Positions 10,015 through 21,104 of a stretch of DNA of 23,248 bases are shown in pieces. Numbering within the stretch: position 1 is the stretch's first letter; the number at the start of each line of letters is the position of its first letter. Origin of the DNA: Psammoneis japonica (Eukaryota); the NCBI GenBank assembly GCA_008632985.1, contig QPGO01000139.1, positions 186,001 to 209,248 on the forward strand. The letters are read 5' to 3'. Both the position numbers and the translations under genes were made by a program. The notes below the pieces were generated by a model, which saw nothing but the letters and a program-made list of their open reading frames with translations, was not told where the DNA came from and ran no database searches.

Positions 10015-10620
10015 AAAGGAGCCCCAGTTGTTGTGACATCAGATGTGACCCAATGTGGAGGAATTCTCCCTGATGCTTGAATGTGATGCTTGGTTGTGGC
10101 AATGGCACACAATGCAAAAAAGCTGGGTGGTGCCCCCTCTGCTGTGTGTGCTGCTTTTGCCACACAGGTGTGGAGACAAAGCAAATTTTGGAATGTGACC
10201 ACAAGGAACATGATGTGCTGGAGTCTTTGCAAGTTGTGTCCAGTGCATTGCTGCATGTGTGAAGGATGCACATCAAACTTGAGGGATTTTTCAGTGGCTG
10301 GCACTTCTTGTTGAAGAACATCTTTTTTGAGGAGCAGCACAGGGCTGTCAAAGGAGCAGCCCCCCCAGTGGTGACATCAGAAACTGTCCACCATGGTAAA
10401 ACACCCCTGTTGTTCATTCAAATGATCCAGAGATGCCAGGACATGCCAATGACAGACATGCAATGCAAAGCCAGATGCCCACAGGTGGCGCCCCATCTGC
10501 TGTGCATGATGCTGCCTTTGCCACAGGTGCAATGAAACAAATGTCCTGAATGGCCACAGCATCATTTTGAGCTTGAACTTGCACAACCACAATCCTTTTT
10601 GTCTTGGCATCATTGCAGCA
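10015..10620 (-). pseudogene. Decayed unknown ORF with two internal repeats of about 340-360 bp
   Basis: Minus-strand fragments VAKAASCTADGAPP..RGVLPWWTVSDVTTGGAAP and VAKAAHTAEGAPP..GRIPPHWVTSDVTTTGAP. Shared DNA core gtgacatcaga at 10033 and 10371. Confidence 0.5.
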
Positions 10621-11125
10621 AAAAGTCTCAGGACATGCCAGTTTGCACAGGTGTGCAGCAAGCACTGCAATGCCAAAGATTGGCAAAACTGCCAAGGGGC
10701 ATGCAACACGGCAGATTGGAAGCATTGCATGAATTTGCTGTGTGCTTGAGACCATGCTCATCATCTCCAGAGGGCTGTGCAAATTAGATGTCTTTTCTTC
10801 GCCCAGGGAAACATGGTGGAATGGTGTGCGCACTCCAAAAAAGCATTCTTTACGAAGCGAACCTAGACTTTGACAAGCGTGTCTTACAATCCAGTCTGTT
10901 TCAGGTGCTGTAGCGCATGTTTATCCGACTATTTCATACGTTGTAGCTTTGTAGCTAAGATTACCACTGTTGCACTTTCTCTCTCTCTCGATCGAAAAGT
11001 AAGGTGCGTGTGCACGCGAGAAGAAGCTAGGGCCCTGCACTACTGAGGTTCTTCACGAGGTTTTGGAGCGGAACAAAACCCTGAAATATGTTTCAGTTAC
11101 GTGCAAGTTGAACACAATCGCTATG

Positions 11126-12673
11126 CTAGCTATCTGAGTCTGCTAATAACTCTTCCACCTGATCATGTGAGACATCTTTGACACTCTTGTGGCTCCATCC
11201 GCTGTAAGGAACATCTTCCTTTCCGCTGGCCGCATGCTTCGCCCAGTTCTGAAAGTCCTTCATCCCAAACAGCTTCAACTGGACATTCTTTTCCCGCTTG
11301 ATACAGCTCTCCAACGTTTCTCCTTGGTTTGCTCCCAGCTTTAATAGACTAAACACGACACTGAGCGACAGTGGGCACTGAGCCTCCATGCGTCTTAAAA
11401 GGTCCGCCGCAACCTTGATACCCTCCAGCTCTTCCTCGTTGTCTGTTCTCGTAGATGCCACTTCTCTTAGGCCCTCCATAATACCCTCCACGGACGGTTG
11501 GCGATCAAAAATATGTGCAAATGTGGCAGCGTAATTCACCAAGTCACTCTCGCGTTCTGCCTCCCACGGAACGCTATCCACAACCAAAGACGGGTCTTTG
11601 CCCTCCAATTGTTCAAAGCCGGCAAACTTTCCAGTGCTGTCGGTCCACATGTCACGATTAGACGCGTGGTATACTGTAAAGGCATGCAAGGCATTGGCAA
11701 CGGCACGGTTTCGAAACTTGGCATTTGCATCTCCCTTGGGTGGTGCCTCACCCATCATGCGGGGCTTGTCCTTGATTATTGCTTGTTGATTCCAGGGACT
11801 AATGTCGGAGAGCGTTCGTTCCAACGCTCCCAACACTGTGTGCGACTCTACGTAATTTGTAGCCAGTCCGGTTTCCATCATGTCCGATGCATTGGCTTGA
11901 TAACCAGTCAAGGCCAAGAGTTTGCCCAATCCGCTGTAATCCGCGCAGGGCAACGCGAACTCCCAGCCAAGCCGTGGTAACATGTAGGAAAGTCCAATGG
12001 GATCCAACGACAAGCCCTTGGAGGGGTTCGTAATGGAAAAAGATGTCTGCCGAGTAGCCAAAACATAACTACCCATACAGAAAGCATACCCTCCGTCGTG
12101 AACGTGTCCGTGTGGCAACGTAATGACGGGAACTCGAGTTTCCATTTGATCGCCCCGCGTCGCAAGAGCTAATTGCTCCAGCGAGTTTAACAGAAACAAG
12201 AGTGCAGATTTATCATGACACATGCCCGGCGTATAAACGTGGATAGGATTGTATCCGCCAGCCACATGACCGCCTTTGTCTGGAGTAAACCCAAAATCAG
12301 CGAGATCCACCTGATACCTCTCTGTCTCTCGGCAGGATTCTGGAAGCACCAGAGGGTTATCCTCGTGACTATTGGATGCAATCAAGACACTGTTGATACC
12401 ATCATTCTTTGACAAGACCTTGATGCGGTACGCCAGTCCCTCTAGTTCTTCTCCCGTCAAGAATGGGGCACGCAGAAACACTCGCCTCGTACAGCCAACC
12501 TGACGAATCGCAGCCCCAGCAGAACCGAACTCCAAGCCTCGTGTGGGGATTTTCAGAGCCGAATCTGGAGCAGACGCCTTTCTGGCTTCTATTTTAGTGA
12601 TGCGGGCATTTCTAGCAGCAGTTTTGCGGGCAAAGCTGGAATAAGCCGTGGCTGCAGCCGTCGACGTTGACAT
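11126..12673 (-). CDS. 3-hydroxyisobutyryl-CoA hydrolase-like (ECH_2/crotonase family) protein, probably mitochondrial, 515 aa
   Basis: Intronless ORF with likely start MSTSTAAATAYSSFARK. Family motifs HGHVHDGGYAF, GLSYMLPRL, LLALTG..ASDMMETGLATNYV, CPLSLSVVF, TLESCIKRE, DF..W, SVKDVSHDQVE. Confidence 0.8.
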   Translation of the reverse strand: MSTSTAAATAYSSFARKTAARNARITKIEARKASAPDSALKIPTRGLEFGSAGAAIRQVGCTRRVFLRAPFLTGEELEGLAYRIKVLSKNDGINSVLIASNSHEDNPLVLPESCRETERYQVDLADFGFTPDKGGHVAGGYNPIHVYTPGMCHDKSALLFLLNSLEQLALATRGDQMETRVPVITLPHGHVHDGGYAFCMGSYVLATRQTSFSITNPSKGLSLDPIGLSYMLPRLGWEFALPCADYSGLGKLLALTGYQANASDMMETGLATNYVESHTVLGALERTLSDISPWNQQAIIKDKPRMMGEAPPKGDANAKFRNRAVANALHAFTVYHASNRDMWTDSTGKFAGFEQLEGKDPSLVVDSVPWEAERESDLVNYAATFAHIFDRQPSVEGIMEGLREVASTRTDNEEELEGIKVAADLLRRMEAQCPLSLSVVFSLLKLGANQGETLESCIKREKNVQLKLFGMKDFQNWAKHAASGKEDVPYSGWSHKSVKDVSHDQVEELLADSDS

Positions 12674-12821
12674 GGTCAAGATCAATGAATGAGGACGAGT
12701 TGTGTGATGTGTGATTGAGGCGTGAGGCTGATGACGACTTGCATCGTACTGTACAGACAGATGCTCGGCAATGTGAAAACACACACCTAATGATCGGACA
12801 TGACAACACCACCGCAATCGC

Positions 12822-12886
12822 ACGTAGAAAAGGACGTGAAAAACGTACTGACGTCCCCACGTACTTTGTCCCGTATCTTTTTACGT
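12822..12886. promoter_or_regulatory. Cluster of ACGT cores in a bidirectional promoter
   Basis: Six ACGT at 12822, 12834, 12843, 12851, 12859 and 12883, including TGACGT at 12849-12854, between divergent ATGs at 12673 and 12943. Confidence 0.5.
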
Positions 12887-12942
12887 TCAACGCCGTTCGT
12901 TGGCACAAACACTGGCGATTGTTGCTGCCGTTCATCATCACC

Positions 12943-13324
12943 ATGTTGGGTCGCGCCGCTGCTGTTCGGACTGTTGCCACGAGGGCAGCCTCCAAGAGGG
13001 CCATGTCATCGGAGCCAAAGATGCACAAGGCCAAGGACCTGTGGCCTGAGTTGGTAAAGACTCGTCCCGTCGATCCTCATCCGCATGTAAGCAGTGTTCG
13101 TATTCTTTTTCAATTAGGAAATTGATATATTTCGTATTTGCATTTTTCGTATTCCTTGTTCTCACGCATCTCATTTCTTTTCTTTTTCGACACAGCCCGT
13201 CTTTGAGCCTCCGTATAACAAGGTTGTATCAGCAGTTGCGGTTACTGTAGTTGTTGTTGCCGGGTATGGACTCATGTATGGAGGTATGCGTCATCAGCAG
13301 TACAAGCAGGGATACTGGAAGTAA
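12943..13324 (+). CDS. Small (90 aa) mitochondrial single-pass membrane protein
   Basis: Exons 12943-13086 and 13196-13324, intron GTAAGC...ACAG. Arg/Ala-rich presequence MLGRAAAVRTVATRAASKRAMSS; exon 2 reads PVFEPPYNKVVSAVAVTVVVVAGYGLMYGGMRHQQYKQGYWK*. Confidence 0.85.
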
Positions 13325-13599
13325 ACGAGCAAACCGATTGCTGTTATCCTCCGTCGCTGTAAATTTCCTCTTCTTTAGTAGATATTCAATTGAAGATACT
13401 ACTACCTTTTCGAACTTTTTGTTATTTGTTGCAAGCGCCCATTGTGTGCATGGAGCGTTTATCTTTTTTGTTTTGTGGGACCTGTGCTTAAGGTATTGCT
13501 CAGGATTGCAAAGAAAATGTTATGATGATTACAGTACGTTCGATGATTAGACAAAATTGATTAACATTTTCTCCGTCAGGTTTGCTTGTGAACACACGT

Positions 13600-16500
13600 T
13601 TAAGAAGAAGTGGCTTCACAGAACTTCCTTGCGTTCTGGAACATCTGTAACCAAGGACCAGCCGCAAGGTCCTTCCATTCCGGTGGAGTCCACGGCCACT
13701 GCCAGGTCGTAAAGACACGCTCCGGATGAGGCATCATGGCCAAATGCCGTCCATCCTTGGAACAAAGAGCGGCAATACCGTCGGGACTGCCATTGGGATT
13801 GAAGGGATACTCCTCCGTCACTTCGTTTGTATCATTGACGTATCGCAAGGGTACTTGGTTTTCCTTGCGCACGGAATCGTAGACAGACTCGTCTGGAAAG
13901 TGGAAGCGGCCTTCACCGTGTGCCACCCAAATACCAAGAGACGAACCCTCCATCCCCTAAAGGTACGACCAAGCAAGCAACTCATGAGAAACCAAGCAGA
14001 AACGAATATAATATATCGAAAACACAACGGAACTTACCGAGAACATAATGGCAGGGCTCTCCTGAATCTGAACACTGGAGAAGCGGCTTTCGAACTTGCC
14101 ACTGTCATTCTCGAGCAATCTAGGCTGCTTGTCCTCGGGTAGACCTGCACTATCCGGGATCCATCCGAGCAGCGCCATGAGCTGGCATCCATTGCATACC
14201 CCCAAACTAAAGGTATCCGACCTCTGCCGGAAGGCTTCGAATTGCTTGTACACATTCTCGTTGAATTTGATCACTCCAGCCCATCCCTTGCCACTGTCAA
14301 GAACATCGGCAAACGAGAAGCCTCCAACAAAGACGATACCACGGAAGATATCCAGGGTGACCTTGCCACTGACAAGATCACTGACTGCTACATCCCACGC
14401 CTCAAAACCGGCAGACAAAAAGGCAGAGATCATTTCTCGGTCTCCATTGCTGCCTTCTTGACGAATCACGGCAACCTTGTACTTGTCTTGCTGCTTCATG
14501 ACGGCTTCCTCGGTTGGCGCGGGGGTGTATGTCAATTTCCACTGCGGTGCTTGGCGAGACTTGAGCCCCGCTTCTTCTTGTGCCACGCAAACCGGATTTC
14601 TCTGGCGCTTTTCAAGGTGAAAGCTGGTTGCCTCCCAAACATCGCGAAGAACAGTCATTTTGTCATTAATGCTTGGCGCACCGTCACCCACAGCAATCTT
14701 GATAAAGTCTCCAGCGCTGACGCTTCCAATCTCTTCGCAGGGAACACCGGCAGCAGTGTACTTGGCAACGACAGAAGCAACATTAGAACCCGCAACTTCA
14801 AGAACCAATCCAGCTTCCTCGTTGAAGAGAGTACCGACATATCCGACTCCCGCCGAGTCTGGCACCTTGACGTCAATGGAACAGTTTCCGGCAAACGCCA
14901 TTTCCATCAAAGTCACTGCGAGTCCACCATCGGATCGATCGTGTCCGGCAAGAATGGTACGCTCGTCAATCAACTCTTGCGTCACGATAAAAGCACTCTT
15001 GAGTACCGCAAAGTCTTCGATATCGGGGCTGTCGTTTCCAATCTGACTGTACACCTGCGCAAGCGACGATCCTCCGAGACGTGCCTTGCCCTTGCACAAG
15101 TCGACAAAGAGTAGCTTGGAGTCACCGGGACACTTGAGGTCTGGAGTGACAGTCTTGGTAATGTCTGGACACGTCACATAGCACGTCATGGTGAGTTCAC
15201 CGGGAGCCTTGACAACCTCTTCACCACAACGCGCCGCCATGGAGAGTGAGTCCTTGCCTCCGTCAATACCACATCCAAGCGCCAGGAATGAATCACGCAG
15301 TGCCTGACACGCATCGTACATTTTGGCTCCCTCCCCGGGCAGCTTGGCGGCATACATCCAGTTGCCACTGGCCTTGATATCTTCAATTTTCGAAATCTTG
15401 GCCCATACGAGATTTGTCATGGACTCGGCAACCGTCATGCGGGCCATTGCCGCAGAATCAATGAGACCCTTGATGGGCTGTTCGCCACAAGCGACGGCCG
15501 TTCCCGTAATGCCAAAGTGTGTATGAGCCGTGACACCGAGATTGGCAAGGGGAGTTGGAGAGGACCGACGCATGGCTGCTGAGCCACAAGACCGTCACGG
15601 AGCGATCAACCTGACAAGACGACAAGTGTAGAACAAGAGGTAAGTCAAGATATGGTAAAGCAACACACTTCTATCCGACAAGGTTCTTTTTTCTCACCTT
15701 GTGCACAAGAAAGCGCTTGGACCCGACCGACAAGAGTCGAAGCACACGGTCCACCGCATCCGACACGGTGGTTCCTTCGGGTAGAACAAGCGGTTTCAAG
15801 TCCATGGTCTGATGGTCATCCACAAAGGTCTTTTGAGGCATTTTACCAAGAACAAGTTCCAGGGGCAGGTCCACCGGAGTGCTCCCATCCTCAGAATCGT
15901 GCACCACCACCTTTCCATCTCCCGTCACGGCGCCCAAGATGCGAATGGGACAATTCTCACGCTCGGCAATCTCTTTGAATACCGCTTCGTCGGACGGACG
16001 AATGAGAAGCGCATTGTTTTCCTGGTATTCAGCTCCCCAAATTTCCAGTACTGACAAGGTGTTGTCACCAAGATAGACCTTGAAATAGTTTTAAGTAGGA
16101 ACGAGTTGAAGTTGTTGTTTAGAATCGGATACGTATCCTCGAGCATGCACCACAACAACAAACTGCAACACAAAAAACAAACAACTCACCTTTCGGATAT
16201 CATACGACGCCCCCGCTGGTTCGACAATTTCCTTCAACACGTTACCGTTTCCACCGGCACCCTGATCGTGTACGGAAACAATTGGATTCTTATCTCCCAA
16301 ATCACAACACGCCCGCATGAGACGGTTCATGCGGTTTTCCATTTCCGCATCACCCGCTGCACGGCATCAAAGTCCAAATCGGCATTTTCCGAACTCTGTA
16401 CACGAGACGACGCGGCCCCACCACCGATACCAATACGATACGCCGGTCCACCCACCTTGACCACCAACATGTCCTTTTCGGGTTCCCCCTTGGTGGTGTG

Positions 16501-17898
16501 TCGTCCATCCAATTGTCCAACACCGGCTGAAAACATAATGGGTTTGACCCATTCAAAGCGTTCCCCATTTTCCAATCGCAACCCAAACGACCGTGTAAAT
16601 CCATGAATGACGGGTTCACCGTATTTGTTTCCATAATCCGACGCTCCGTCACTGGCCTTGATTTCAATATCCAACGGCGACGCCAAATTGGACGGGTACA
16701 CAAACGAATCGTCTTCCCACGGCAAATCGTAGGATGGAATGTGGAGATTGCCGACACAATACGAGGACACTCCCGCCACGGGATAGGCCCCACGGCCCGT
16801 CGCCATGACATCACGAAGCCGTCCACCCGTACCCGTTTCGGCACCGGGAAAGGGAGCGACGCCACTGGGAAAATTGTGTGTTTCCGCCGTCAAAATGGGA
16901 TGCAACAATTGCTTTTCTACTTGAACGGGACCGGCTTGATTCACACGAGCTGGACGCAAGGCGTCACATTCGTAGCCGTAAATAGAGGAGGAATTGTCAT
17001 GAAAGGCAATAACAGAATTGTTGGGCACGTCCTTGGGCAAGGTCGCCTTGACCATTTCAAAGAGCGTCAGTGGTTTCTCCTCGCCGTCAATGACCATTTT
17101 GCCACCGAAAAACCAATGACGAGAATGCTCCGAATTGGATTGGCCCATGTCAAAGCATTCCACATCGGTCGGATCGCGGCCTAGCTTTTCCTGTAAACAA
17201 AGAGAGACAGAATAGCAGTTTTGAGCTTTTTCTCTTCTCAGAAATCATATCAACACATACATATTCATTTTCCTTACCTTGAATAGATTGGTATAATAAT
17301 CCAAATCAAAGTCATCAAATCCCAATCCCCGCTCGGCATTGATCTTTTCCAAGGCCGCTCGTCCCTCTGTCATGATGGGTACCGTCACAACGGGTTCTCG
17401 GTGTGCTCCCGAATCAAAGGTTTGGAGAGGCTCGGTGTATTCCTGCTGTGTCATTTTGTCGTGCAGCAACAACTTGATTTGTTGGAGCGCGTCTTGAGAT
17501 AATGGATTTACTAAATCAAATTGATATCGCAAGGACCGTTCCAATCTCGATACAGGCAAGTGACACGCCTTGCAAATCCCCACCGCGTTGGAGGAAAAAG
17601 CAGACGTAAACGTCATGCGTGGTCCAAACTCCATCACTAGACTATCGTTGTTGGAGAGTGCACTCTGTTCCAACAAGAGTCCATCACGATCAAAGGTTTC
17701 TGCCAAGAGCCATTCCAATTGTTGTGTTTGATCTTGCGTCAATTCCTTTTGAAGCTGGATATTAAAACACGTTTCCGTGGCAATCGCTTGAATGAGAGAC
17801 GCGTCCGCCTCGAGTCCAACCGACGCAAGTGTTTCCTTGACGGAAGGCAAGAGCGAATGTGATGGTTCGGTTTTGCGATAATAGTGAATAATAGACAT
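13600..17898 (-). CDS. PFAS: Phosphoribosylformylglycinamidine synthase (large-type PurL/FGAM synthase), about 1311 aa after correcting three 1-nt deletions
   Basis: Exons 17898-17278, 17190-16190, 16078-15698, 15610-14038 and 13956-13600, with GT-AG introns of 87, 111, 87 and 81 bp. Motifs QSNSEHSRHWFF, ETHNFP, GAETGTGGRLRD, HDQGAGG, EYQE, GGKDSLSM, HDRSDGGL, and the glutaminase GVCNGCQ...MPHPER. Confidence 0.96.
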
Positions 17899-18210
17899 GA
17901 TGTTGTATATGGGTGTTGTTGTTAGAATGAGAGTTGGAATTGCGAAGTTGTGTTATGTTGGTGTTGCTTGTGTTGCTTTTTCGTTTGGATGGACTACCGT
18001 GATGTTTTCGTAGAATTCTACGTGAGTTGTACTACCAGATACCGACAGTACGTCCGTGACCCGCTCCAGCCAGCCAGAGATGCGATCTTTCTTTCTCTGG
18101 CCGTCGTCCGAAAAAGATACCATACGATCTATGCGATATGCGATGGACGACGATGACAACACAAGCTGACAACGCAATCTGTTCACAGTTCATCAACAGC
18201 AGCAGCAACC

Positions 18211-18403
18211 ATGTCGTCGGAAGAGCTCAAGACACCACTACTACTCCTACTACCCCACCTTCTTCTGCTGTTGCTGAGAAGAAACGTCCGCTTGGTGACA
18301 CCACCACCACCATGTCGTCGGAAGAGCAACAAGACACTACTACTCCTACTGCTGCTACTACCCCGTCTTCTTCTGTTGCTGAGAAGAAACGTCCGCTGGG
18401 TGA
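18211..18403 (+). repeat. Tandem duplication (101-bp spacing) of the DEK start region
   Basis: atgtcgtcggaagagc...tgttgctgagaagaaacgtccgct(t/g)ggtga occurs from 18211 and again from 18312. Confidence 0.9.
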
Positions 18404-19278
18404 GTACGACAAGGATCCCATCATTCAAGGCAGAGGCAAACGCGTTCGTAAGTCCGCCGAGTCCTTTAAACCAGAAGCCTACGACAAGGCTCCCGTCGAG
18501 CTTGTCTATCAGGGACAGGGCACGCGTCTGGGGGATATCGAGTCGACTGCCAATCATGTCGATTCGGTACTCAAGCCGCACGAACTGCTCACGGTGCATC
18601 GCTTTTTATACGGAAGGCGTGCCAAGGTTTCCAACAAGGAAATGAAAAGTGACATTTTGAACTTTAGTGGGTATCTCAAACCAACGTCGGAAGAAGATGC
18701 GGAACGCTTTAATCATGATGTGGAGGTGTGTTGTAGTTGTTGTATTGTTGTTGTGTTGCTGTATTGATTTTCATCACGTAGACTTACTCTAATTCATACT
18801 CTCTCTCTCTCTCTCTTTCTATTCGTTTTTCTCAATTCAGGCCAAAATGACGGCTCGTGCCAACAAGCACAAGCTTGCCGAAATCAAGGCGCTCTGCGAT
18901 GCACTCCAGGTGGACCGCCGTTCCAGCAACAATGACAAGTCGCTCAAAACCAAGGAAGACTTTTGCGATTGTCTCTTGGAATTCTTGGCGGAACCCAAGG
19001 AGGAACTCACCAAGGGCAATACCAAAAAGAAAACGAAAAGCAAAAAGACGAGTGCTTCTGCCAAGAATAATGACGACGACGACAATGACATTGTCTTGGA
19101 GTATGGCAAAATGCCCAACGACAAGGCCTTGCGTAAATGGGTCAAGGCATATGTCACGTGTTGGAATCTCGACAAGGCCACGACCAAACACGCCATGGAA
19201 GTAGCGAGCGACAAGTTTGGTGTCGACTTGTCCGAGAAAAAGAGTGTCATCAAGGAAATGCTAAAGGAAGAAATGTAA
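18312..19278 (+). CDS. DEK: DEK chromatin protein, 283 aa (longer if the upstream duplicated ATG is used)
   Basis: Exons 18312-18725 and 18841-19278 (GTGTGT...TTCAG). GQGTRLGDI..LLTVHRFLYG..ILNFSG; SAP-like LAEIKALCDALQV..LLEFLAEP; DEK_C PNDKALRKWV..ATTKHAMEVASDKFGVDLSEKKSVIK. Confidence 0.88.
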
Positions 19279-19411
19279 TGAATATGAGTGTAGTAATATT
19301 TTACAAAGAAAATTACAATGGGGAAGCTGTACTCTGTTTCTATTTTTGTGTTCTACACCATGCTTTACTACTTGATATGATTCTCTCTACTACAAACTAC
19401 AACTCATTCTC

Positions 19412-19963
19412 TCAACCAAACAATCCCCAATTGTGAACTTGCAGCGACGACACAATGTGTGTAAAGACGTCATTCCACTCTTGTTGCTGATTTGTTGGTT
19501 GTGTGTTTGGTACCGAAAGGGTAATGAGCAAATCGGTCGACACTGAATCGAGTCGAATGACACACAGCGCGGTGGCAATGGTTTCGTTGCGAATGGTTTG
19601 CATTCCCGATCCGAATCGTGCCACTGCTCTCTTGCCTTGCAAAGATGCATGTAGGGGTGCAGCAATTCCATCATTGTTGTTTTGAAATTGTGTATGCGTC
19701 GATCCGTTCGTTTCCGCCAAATCCATAAAGTAAAATCGTGCCAAATCGTCCGAAGAGTGTTGTTGCAAAATCTCCACCACGAGTGCGGCTTCAAATAGGT
19801 TGGAATTGGGAATGACATTTTGAAAGACTTCTTGATGATCGGGAACTTGACGAACCGTACTGACATCTCTCCATGTGGATGGTATATCACATGACATGCT
19901 ACCGCCAAACAAGGGGTGTGCTGTAGACCAAGACAAGGTTGTTGTTGGTGTTGGTGTTGTCAT
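19412..19963 (-). CDS. MOG1: Ran guanine nucleotide release factor (Mog1p family), 183 aa
   Basis: Motifs PLFGGSMSCDIP, DVSTVRQVPDHQEVF, LVVEILQ, TDLLITLSVP and C-terminal SLQVHNWGLFG. Confidence 0.9.
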   Translation of the reverse strand: MTTPTPTTTLSWSTAHPLFGGSMSCDIPSTWRDVSTVRQVPDHQEVFQNVIPNSNLFEAALVVEILQQHSSDDLARFYFMDLAETNGSTHTQFQNNNDGIAAPLHASLQGKRAVARFGSGMQTIRNETIATALCVIRLDSVSTDLLITLSVPNTQPTNQQQEWNDVFTHIVSSLQVHNWGLFG

Positions 19964-20219
19964 GGTGTTGTGTTGTGTTGTGGGGCTGCTGGTGCTAAAC
20001 ACGAGAATTGGATGAAAAAACGAAAAAAGCTTTGAAAAAAGAAAAAACCAAGNAAAGGCATTTTCAAAAAAAAAGAAAAAGAGGAAACGCGCCAGAAAAT
20101 CTGTCGTACAAACTGTACCACGCCAAAACGCATGTACAATCTACGAACCGTCTGGTATTCTGCAAATGCCGATGGCATGTCATCACTCATCACTTTTTTT
20201 TCTGTCGTCGTAATCCACC

Positions 20220-20887
20220 ATGACGGTCGTTCATGCGCTTCCCGATTTACCTCTTGTCTGCTTGAAAACGGCAGACTTTACCAAGACGACAGCCACTGCG
20301 TTTCAAGGCAAAAATACCGTGATTGGTATGTCCTTATACGAGAGAGATTGAGTCATGTTGTTGTTTTGATGCCATCACGACGCATCTATGCNNNNNNNNN
20401 NNNNNNNNNNNNNNNNNNNNNNNNNNNNNNNNNNNNNNNNNNNNNNNNNNNNNNNNNNNNNNNNNNNNNNNNNNNNNNNNNNNNNNNNNNNNNNNNNNNN
20501 NNNNNNNNNNNNNNGGACGTTCATTTTGTTTCCATTTGTTGTGATTCACTCGACGGAGCTCGTGAAATTCTGGAATCTCCGAAAGACGAACCCAAATGGA
20601 ATGCACTGTCACACTTTTACATGGACCATGCATCGAAAGAACAAGCCAAACAATACTTTGGTTTCAAGTCGGTACCCTTTTACGTTGTCGTCCATGCCGA
20701 TGGGAACATTGTACAGCACGGCAACAAGGTGGATTGGAACGATATTCCTGGTGTAGAAGATGCAAAAGAGAATCAAACCGCAACAACCAAGACAAAGCAA
20801 CAACAACAAGTAGTCGTTGAAGATCCGCAGCAACAACAAGAACCCGTCATTGCAGAACGGGTCTTTACCATGGATGAGGATTTCTAG
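20220..20887 (+). CDS. Thioredoxin-fold (redoxin/TlpA-like) protein, interrupted by the assembly gap
   Basis: Exon 1 20220-20325 (MTVVHALPDLPL...FQGKNTVI) then a GTATGT donor. After the gap: DVHFVSICCD..AKQYFGFKSVPFYVVVHADGNIV..FTMDEDF*. The expected active-site motif would lie within the Ns and cannot be seen. Confidence 0.7.
20392..20514. other. Assembly gap (123 N)
   Basis: Run of N. Confidence 1.
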
Positions 20888-21104
20888 AGAGAGAGGCGGT
20901 AGTAAGAACTCTATTATGTATTGAAAGGCGGCTAGTAGTTATTTCAACCTCGTTACAACGGTAGTAGTACTATATTCCAGCACAAACATTGCCATCAAAA
21001 GTAGCGTTGGTTTCTTGTATCCATACCGCTCGGCGAAGCTGGATCATTGCAGTCGCTACATGCATCAGCAAGATAACCTTGTACATACTGGTAGGTATAT
21101 TCAA

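Noticed and set aside
8368..10833. Dense set of short Cys/His-rich ORFs
   Set aside because: Same TA-depletion artefact; no intact recognisable protein.
12674..12823. 50-aa N-terminal extension of the HIBCH-like ORF
   Set aside because: Non-ATG start lying in the promoter/5' UTR; ATG 12673 gives a plausible presequence.
16353..16355. Programmed frameshifting or RNA editing in PFAS
   Set aside because: No slippery heptamer, and similar indels affect several unrelated genes in the right half, near an assembly gap.
13726..17184. Plus-strand ORFs up to 290 aa
   Set aside because: Antisense shadows of PFAS.
18799..18815. (CT)n microsatellite
   Set aside because: Ordinary intronic polypyrimidine tract.
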